NCBI RefSeq assembly: GCF_006345805.1
Contig: NC_042999.1
Coordinates: 94,364,001 to 94,428,000 of the forward strand
Direction of reading: 5' to 3'
Length of the DNA: 64,000 bases
DNA from: Octopus sinensis
Taxonomy: Eukaryota
The notes beneath the pieces are model-generated. The model was not told the DNA's origin. It ran no database searches and saw only the letters and a program-made list of their open reading frames with translations. Position numbers and translations under genes: made by a program. Of this stretch, positions 55,601 to 64,000 are shown one piece after another. The first letter of the stretch is position 1. Each line of letters begins with the position of its first letter.

Positions 55601-58574
55601 CTTTCTACATAAGAAACGCGTCTTCGTGAAGCGTATCAGAAATTAACATCGCATTTTCAACAGTTCTATAAAGGTTTCATTTTTAGGTTAAACATGTGGA
55701 TGCTGAGTAAGAAAACTTCAAATAAACAGATAATGCAGCAGGTTATATGATTTATTATATTAATTTTGAAACAAAGTTCAGAAACATGTAATCCGTTTAT
55801 GATTTTACAACTGTTTGACTCAGTTTTATCGCTCATTTGAAGTAAACTCAAAAGACATATACATGGTATCCGTGAACGAGCGAAGCTATATGTGTAGCGA
55901 TTTCTTAAAATGCAAAAGTAAAGTAAAATCAATTGAGAAAACCATGCATCAGCATTAATAATAACTCAACTACATTAGGTATAGTATGCAATCAATAAAT
56001 ATTAATTACGTCGATATTATTATTTTTCAAAACATGCACGAAACATGTTAAAAAAGATTTTTGTTCGTGTGGCTAATTAAGAAAATATTATAGTAGACAA
56101 ATTTAGAAACTGAAGGTGGGATATGGATTCGATGGTATAAAATCTGACATCTAAATCGTATTTCATGTCATTGACACATGTTGCCTGAATTGGCATATGG
56201 CATAAATTGCTTGCACTAGCTTCAAGAAACATGGAGAACCCTAATTAGATATCGTAAAATGGACTCTTCAACTGCATCCTTTCCATAAACCTAGCACTTG
56301 TAATTATATTGAATTTCTATGCAGTAATTATTCATAAAATTCATAGGGGAGACATGGAATAACAGTCTTGGTTTTGCCATGAGATTCGGTAACATAAAAT
56401 TAATGAAACCTTGTCAATTACACAGTTAACGAAGCCTCTTCTCTAGAAGAACATCAATAATTTAATCCAACTAATTGTTTTAGTTAGATTTCTGGTTTTT
56501 AGAGAAAGAGCATGGCGCGCTATGTTCATGTTTTAAAGAATTAAGTTAACAATGCAAGACAAGTTAAAAATTCGCAATTTTAAGAAACTTTTGAAACTGT
56601 GCAGCACCATTTTCAGTATTTTACCGGTTCTTTAGGAAACTCTTCGAACTAACCATTATGATATATCATTCTAATGTCATACATTTCATGACTACATCTG
56701 TTGTATTCAAGAGAACTGAAAAATTGGTAAAATTGGAATAATTTGAAGAACCTAAAATATCTTCAAATACTAATCTGGTTGCAATGATATTCTATACCTG
56801 TTTTTATAAACATTGCTGCTTCCGTCTATATATGATGTACATCATGAATCACATCCCCGTAATCTTTCGGTAATCTGTCTTTATATATCTCTTTGTCTTT
56901 CAGCATATCAGGTCGTTGTTCTCTCTTGTAACCTCTATCTGTGTATTTCACATCTCTCATAATCTTTCTCAACTTATCATCTAGATAATTTCTCTCTGTT
57001 CCTGTTTTTGGTTCATCTTAATTTCTACATCCGTCTCTTTTCTCATCTTTTCTTTTTAAATGTCGTCATTCTTTACACCCGCATACATTTCACTTTCTTT
57101 ATATTTATATCCTCTTCCCAAACACTTTCCCCAACTCTGTCGTTTCTTATTATTTCTTTCACTTGTTTTCAGTTTCATACAAAGAAACCTCCATGAGTGA
57201 AATATGTTTTCTTCCGGAAATATATCCAGGACAATTTTGTCAGCTCGATAATTTTCATTTCCCTTCCCTTCGAACTTATTGTCATAAAATCACAACCGAT
57301 TTAGAATGTTTCTGAATAGGGAAATTCCATTTAATAACTCAATTGAACAGCATTTGAACTACTGTTCAGCTTATTGCCTTCGGCAAACTAAGTTTCAGCA
57401 CATGTGTTTCTGAAATTTCTTCATTATTGCAACTGATTGTTTTCCACATTCCCAAACATCAAACAATCATTTTCTATTATATGGCAATACTGTTGATTTT
57501 AAATGATTTCCTACAAAGTCAATTCAATTTATTTCAATGCCACATTTAGAGAAACATCACTCTCAAATATCAACGTTGATGATGCCAGGCTCTAGCTGCA
57601 AGTGGTAGGCCTGAAGCAGACATTAAACAGTGATTGTGCTTGGATATATAAATCCTAAGAACTCCTTTTTAGTCAGCAATCGCAGTAAGGAAACAGTTGC
57701 CTCTGAAATTTGGCTGTCGTCCTTTCATACTGCAGTACTATAAAACAGGCGTAGTTTTCTTAAGACAGCGACAGAATAACAGAATGCATAGGAACTGAGA
57801 GATGGAACTGGGGATATTACAAGCCAGCGATAAATAGACTACACCACCGCTATATGTGCTAAAATAGCAATGCAGTCTATCTTACATAATTGCCTACTGC
57901 TATACTAATTGACGCATTAAGTACACAAATATATAAATATATAATTGATCGCATGAGAGCACGATCTATGCTCAACTAGGGCTACAATTTCATTCGTTTT
58001 TCGAATTGCTTATATGTGCTTTTACCGCTTTTGTCATGAATCATGTTCATGATTTTTCATTTGTTTAAAATGTTATTATTGAATCTCTAACACGTCTTTC
58101 GAAGAGTCGCACGTCGTGATAGTCGGCAAAATTGATGATATGTGAAAAATAGACAAAATATAATCGAGTTTCTCATATTCAATAGAAACAAATCCAACTC
58201 TAGTACTAATTATAAAAATAATATTGATGATAATGATGACGACGACGACGACGATGATGATGATGATGATGATTATGATGACGATGATGATGATGATAAT
58301 GCCGTGATATATTACTACATCATCAGTACTACATCACCATGGCTTCTGGTCTTCACTGATCAGAAGTGTTACTAAGTTTTGTCTTGGTATAAAATGATGG
58401 GCGTGAATGTTCTGCACAAAACCACAGATTTTCTTGACAGTTGCTTGACCATAATCAGTTGAGCATTTCCTCTAGTTGTTGACGAGATACGCTTCTCTGA
58501 TCACGAACAGGTATAGTGGGGAACCATCATAGCCATGTATTCAGAGGAATTATTTGGGGTTTAAATAATTCACC

Positions 58575-59656
58575 ACTGGAAACATGAGTGTTTCGTTCAA
58601 TATCCTTGAATAACGCTGGTTCAGGAACCTTTTGAGAGGGATGGACTACTCGACCAGCAGCAAATGGTAACTAGGCCCTACCCGTAAGGTTATTGCACTG
58701 TTTATCTTGAAATGATATCACCATGTCGCTCACGTATCGTTGTGATACATGACGCTGGTGTACCCTTATCAGACGGGTAGTCATGATGTGATAAACATAT
58801 TAGGTTTCGTATATTTGTACCCCTGTGATGGCGTGCACTGCTCTCTAAGAACAAAAGGGATGCCGGAGAGGGATGTATGGTTGTAAGAGACAACTTCTGC
58901 TAAAGCGATCCGTTATAGAGGACTGTAAGAGAATAAAGATAAACCTGAACATGACTTGGATGGATTATATATATATATTAAACATGAAATGGCAAACTGG
59001 AGAACAAGTATACCATAAAACAATGACTCACGAGTCATTGAAACCTACTCAATACTCATAGGAGTGATGACTTTCCAGGGAGACACGCTGTCACCCCTGC
59101 TTTTCTACCTTTCTCTGACCCCGCAAAGAAGATTGTTGAACGAAACCACCACGGGTTATAGGTGTTATGGACAAAAATAGACCATCTTCTGTACACAAAT
59201 GACTTTAAAATGTTTGCTGAAATCACCATGGAATAGTGAAACCTACTTAAAATTGTCAAAACTTTCAGTAATGAGCATGGGGCTGGACAAGTGTGCCAGT
59301 GTCACACTGAGAAGAAGCAAATTAATCAAATGTTGAAAACACTGCACTCACTCGACATAGACACAGAAATCAGAGAATTAAACCACAATCACCCATGCAA
59401 ATATCTAGGTATAGACGAAACAGCTAATGAATGAGAAAATTAGGAGAGAATATTACAGAAGATTTAAACTAATATTAAACACTGACCTCAAAGCTAAGAA
59501 TAAGATAATAGGAATAAGCACGCTATCCATAGCAATAATAACTTACTGCTTCAACATAATAAATTGAAAGATCAGTGAACTGAGAAACTTAAGTAGAAAA
59601 GCAGAAAATTATTAACGGCATATCGAAGTTACCAGCGCAAAGGAGACGTATACAGA

Positions 59657-59660
<4 letters not shown>
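58575..59660 (+). mobile_element. R4/Dong-clade LINE, decayed RT region
   Basis: EQKGCRRGMYGCKRQLLLKRSVIEDCKRIKINLNMTWMDY, FQGDTLSPLLFYLSLTP, IDHLLYTNDFKMFA (YMDD decayed), GLDKCA, KYLGI. Confidence 0.85.
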
Positions 59661-59716
<56 letters not shown>

Positions 59717-59727
59717 TATATATATAT

Positions 59728-60433
59728 ATGGTGTATTCAAAAATCTATCCGCACTAAGAATTTTATTGCAAAATAAAATATGGACCGTGTGAAGGTTATG
59801 ATTGCGTCTTTTAGCTTATGGATTGTTTTCGGGTGATTCTTGTACACTCATCCTTTACTTTCTACCCAGAAAACAACGTCTGGCGGTGTTAAATCAGGTG
59901 ATCTTCTTGGTGGTGAGAGTCCCTTGGATATAGTCCGTTCACTGAACAACTCTTGAAGTAGCGCCATGGTGATGCGCTAAGTGTTGCTGTAGCTCCATCT
60001 TGCTGAAAGTATGCCTTATTTATTTCACTTTCACCGAGTTGGCCTAGATAGATAATATTTTAGCAATATCGCTCGGTTTTGATGGTGTCATCAAAAATTA
60101 TCGGTCCCACAATACTCTTTATCGAAATTGCTATCCATTCTCCAACTTTTTCGAGATGCATAGGTTGCTCATGCGTAGCGTGCGGATTCTCAGTGCTCTA
60201 TTACCTTGTGTTTTGCGAATCTCGACTGATGAAACCAACTTCTGGAGGAGATACCTCAGTCCTATATAATCTTAACAAAAAAAAATGAAATGGACTGACA
60301 TGTAATTTTTGAACCTATGGAAGGCACGTTTAGATGCCGAAATATCGTTCAACTAATTTCACATGATAACTATGGCACTCTTCAGTTTATTTCTCTATAA
60401 CTTCTGGAGGAGTTAACTCAGTCCTATATAATC

Positions 60434-60435
<2 letters not shown>
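59728..60435 (-). mobile_element. Tc1/mariner-superfamily transposon remnant (DD41D/rosa-like motif set)
   Basis: SQNTR**STENPHATHEQPMHLEKVGEWIAIS..IVGPIIF...YFQQDGATA and SPDLTPPD. TIR-like end next to (TA)n. DD spacing cannot be counted because of indels. Confidence 0.7.
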
Positions 60436-60487
<52 letters not shown>

Positions 60488-60490
<3 letters not shown>

Positions 60491-60746
60491 GCCCGACTAT
60501 GGAAAATAAAGGCGGCGAAAATAGAGCCAATTATTGTTGGATCCTTGGGAACAGTATCAGAAGGCATCAAGCGGAATATAAAGTAAATTGGAATAAAGTG
60601 CCAAGTGGAACTGTTACAAACGTTTTGCCACCTTGGCACTGCTAGAAGAATCAAAAATTGATAGCATGATACTGTAGGATGCAGGTAGTAAGCCTGCTAC
60701 GCATGTAAGACTCCAGGAGTACCAACAAAATCTGTGGTAAGGAGAA
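60488..60746 (+). mobile_element. 5'-truncated R4/Dong 3' end inserted in (AAT)n
   Basis: IARLWKIKAAKIEPIIVGSLGTVS...LLQTFCHLGTARRI plus 3' UTR. (AAT)n lies on both sides (60437-60490 and from about 60750). Confidence 0.8.
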
Positions 60747-60753
60747 ATAGTAA

Positions 60754-60845
<92 letters not shown>

Positions 60846-62833
60846 AGAGGAATATTGAGAAGAGGAGGAGGAGTAGGAGGAGGAAGAAACAGAAGATGAA
60901 GAAAAAGAAGGGAAGGAAAATTATGATATTGATAATTATAAACGATGACAACGCTAATTGATGAAATATTGCCTTTATTGCATGTTTCAACAATTCTTTG
61001 AATTCTATTTTAAAATACACATATAAAATGCCACGATCTTCATAACTTATGAATTAGGGTAGTCTTAAATATTATAGTATTTATCAGTTTTTAAAGATCT
61101 TTATTGATGTTGATACTACTATCCATTTTTGTAAATGGATACAGCTGACATATCTTCCATAAGATGAAATTTCCAAATCCCTTATACCTGCATTTGTATT
61201 CATTTGTGTATTTCTTTAGGCAGCCGCAGATAATGTTTTTCCATGCTTATTCGCAAAGTCCACGGATTCTGTAGTATGCTATACATTCTGCTTCATTGCA
61301 CGCTGTGGATGTTTTTCCTTTCATGATAAGATTTTGATGACGTACTGCTACAAGAAGAAAATCTTTCAGTTTCCGTTTCTCACCTGATATGTTGTGACTT
61401 TTGCTTGTCTAATTACTCCGTGCACTTTTGTCCGGTTATTGACTGTATTGGGATTTTTATCGTTACTAGCGTCTATGCTACAGCAAGATCTTACACTGAG
61501 TTTCATTTACACAATTTCCGTTGTTGCATCACTCTTCTTCTCGAAAGTCTCTTTCTTTAGTATTTTTGTCTGTTTGGATTTATTCTTTGTTTTTTTTTTT
61601 GTCTTTTCGGCAGCAGCAATTAAATGATGGAAAAACAGATTTATTCATTGCTGGTGTTCTTTACTCATACATTTTTGCTTTTATTCTTCTCAACTAGTTA
61701 TTGCATTGGCTATTTTTTACTAAATGTCTAGAAATATAAGGATGTCACATCACTGTATTCGTGGGGAATAAGTACTTCTTTTAGATTATGATTGGCTTTT
61801 GTTTTCCATTTTACTTCCATATTAGACACACGAGTTCACTTATCAAAGAAAATCAAGAAATCTTATCAAAGGTGCAGGTCCTATTTTGATGTCTATTACC
61901 TCTTTTTCCATTTAGTTCTGTTTTAAGTTCAAATTCAAAACTGTCGACAAAAGATCCTTTGCAACCTATTCTTTTGTCTGCTCTTGAAGTACACAGCCAT
62001 TGATATGGAAATAATTGTACTACTTTGTTGCTATACTATTTCACCAGTTTATATACCTTAATGATAGCGCTCATACTTACATTTGCTCCTTTTAAAATTG
62101 TCTGAATGTATTCTTTGAATCGGAATCTTATGTCAGTTTCTATAACCTTATAAGCCCTGAGTAGTAAGAGATCGGCACGTGACTAAATACAAGCAAATGC
62201 TTTTTTCTTCACCTAAAACGTCAAGAGGCAATTCGAAGTTCTAAATTATCATCAAAATCCCATTAAAGAACCGTTTTGAAGTTAATTATGGTAATACTGG
62301 GCATGATAATGAAGTAAGGGAGTTATGTCAGGGCCAAAGAATGTGATGCTGATGAATTTTATGCAAATGCTGCCGATGGTAATAATACTGCTGCTCCTTC
62401 CATGGAAGACAAAAAATAAACTTGTTGATGATAATGAGGACGATGTTTATTATACGATGTTCAAGAAAATGTTGCATATCATAAAGAGGAAGAGCTATAC
62501 ACAACATGGAACCTACAAGACACATGAACTGGTTGCGTGATATGTACCCATGGCAATTTTAAACCTAGCAACATTAACTGTCTTAACTAATGATGTAACT
62601 GAGCTGATATACATGAAGGTTAACCAGAATTTAAAAATCTTCAAACACATATAAGCACTGATTAATTTAAGCTCATCTGTCCAAAGTAGTCTGGCAAGAA
62701 TGTTAAAGGTATTATGGAAACGTAATGCCAGATTACAGTATGAGGATATATGCATATATATATATATATATACATGTGTACAAAACACGTACGCATATAT
62801 CCAGATAAGGGAAAGAAAGCCATCTGCCAAATA

Positions 62834-64000
62834 CGAGGTATTACTCAAAAGTAACCGGAGACGTTCACTAGAACCCACTTGATGCAGGTCTCCCGACCAG
62901 TGTCTTTCTTTTGAGGTCGTATTACCAAGTGTTGCGTCTGTGGCAGTGCTTCTCCGCTGTTTGTCGATTTTTACGATTGCTGAAAGAAAGGTACAATATG
63001 CTTCCGTTAAACTATGTATTCTGCTGAGGGAAAATGCTGCCGAAACAGCTTATAAGGCTGCTGCCATGAGCTACACACAAATTTACGGATGGTTTCCACG
63101 CTTCAAGAATGGTCATTTGTCGCTTGAAAACCAATCTCGTCAGGGCAACCATCGACCTCCCGAACGAACGAAAACATAATGAAACGTCATGAACTGATCT
63201 TGGAGAACCTTCGCCGAACAGTTGACGAACTTGTTGATATGACTGATGCATCTTGGAACTCCTACCAACGAAGTTTAGCGAAGAAGTCCAAATGAAAATA
63301 GTTGGGACAAAATTTTGCCTCATTTGGTCATGGAAGATCAAAAGCAGTCACGACCAAATGCGTGCCATGCAATGAAAGAACAGTTGGAATTTGATCCGAA
63401 CCTTTTTCGAACGTCATCACTGGTGAAGAAAGCTGGTGCTACGGCTAATACCGGAAATGAAGCAGCAGTCAAGTCAATGAAAGCCTTCAATGTCACCATG
63501 CCCACCCCCACCCCAACGAAAAAAAAAGTGCGCCAAGTGAAATTCAATGTCAAGACATGCTGATTTGTTTTATCAATGCGAAATTAATTGTCCATACAGA
63601 ATTTGTGTCTCCTGGTCAAACTAACAACCAGACATTTCACTTGGCAGTTTTGATGCGCTTGCGAGACGCGGCGTGACGAAAACTCCTTGATCAGTGGCAA
63701 ATTGGAGAGTGGTGGTTTCATCACGACAATGCGTCTGCGCACACGGTCTTCAAGGTCTGATAGCTTTTGACCAAAAATGGCCTAACCCCGCTTACCTACC
63801 CTTCTATTTCACCCGATTTTCGTCCCTGCAACTTGATTTGTAGCCCCGAATGAAAAAAGTTCATAAAAGTAAATGTTTTGCAGATGTGGACGAGATGAAG
63901 AAAAGCAATGACAGATGCATTAAAAGCCATTACTTTGCAAGAGTACCAAGACTGCTTCGAAAAGTGGAAAACGTTTCTGGGCCGAGGTAATGTTTTGAAC
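62834..64000 (+). mobile_element. Decayed mariner transposon, running off the window end
   Basis: TA then TIR-like cgaggtattactcaaaagtaaccgga. Peptides SYTQIYGWFPRFKNGHLSLENQSRQG, PKKVRQVKFNVKT, FHHDNASAHT and a PYSPD-like region. Many frameshifts. Confidence 0.85.

Noticed and set aside
58380-58700. Minus-strand Gypsy integrase-like reading
   Set aside because: Plus-strand HWK..RWFRNL fits the R4/Dong pre-RT segment and is collinear with the downstream Dong RT.

Overview
AT-rich, microsatellite-dense eukaryotic DNA. I recognise no host protein-coding gene, and almost all listed ORFs are microsatellite or antisense artefacts. The repeat inventory (tRNA-derived SINEs with internal microsatellites, R4/Dong, RTE and CR1-like LINE remnants, mariner/Tc1 remnants, a Penelope-like RT remnant) suggests an octopus-type cephalopod genome; this is inference, not a database match. 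The most notable signal is in the first 3.5 kb. Two adjacent inverted-repeat elements flanked by (TA)n (841-3042 and 3132-3526) each carry two outward-facing type I hammerhead ribozyme motifs (CUGANGA...GAAAC, 8-nt palindromic stem III, GUA cleavage triplet), four in total and two per strand. This is the dimer-forming minimal hammerhead class known from Penelope-like element pseudo-LTRs, but here no ORF is attached. Other points: a full-length decayed mariner nested in a LINE with a clean TA duplication, an RTE 3' end with three tandem C2H2 fingers, two R4/Dong RT fragments fused tail-to-tail at the same RT motif, several more large inverted repeats, and weak minus-strand exon candidates near 51-53 kb. 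All alignments and folds were done by eye.
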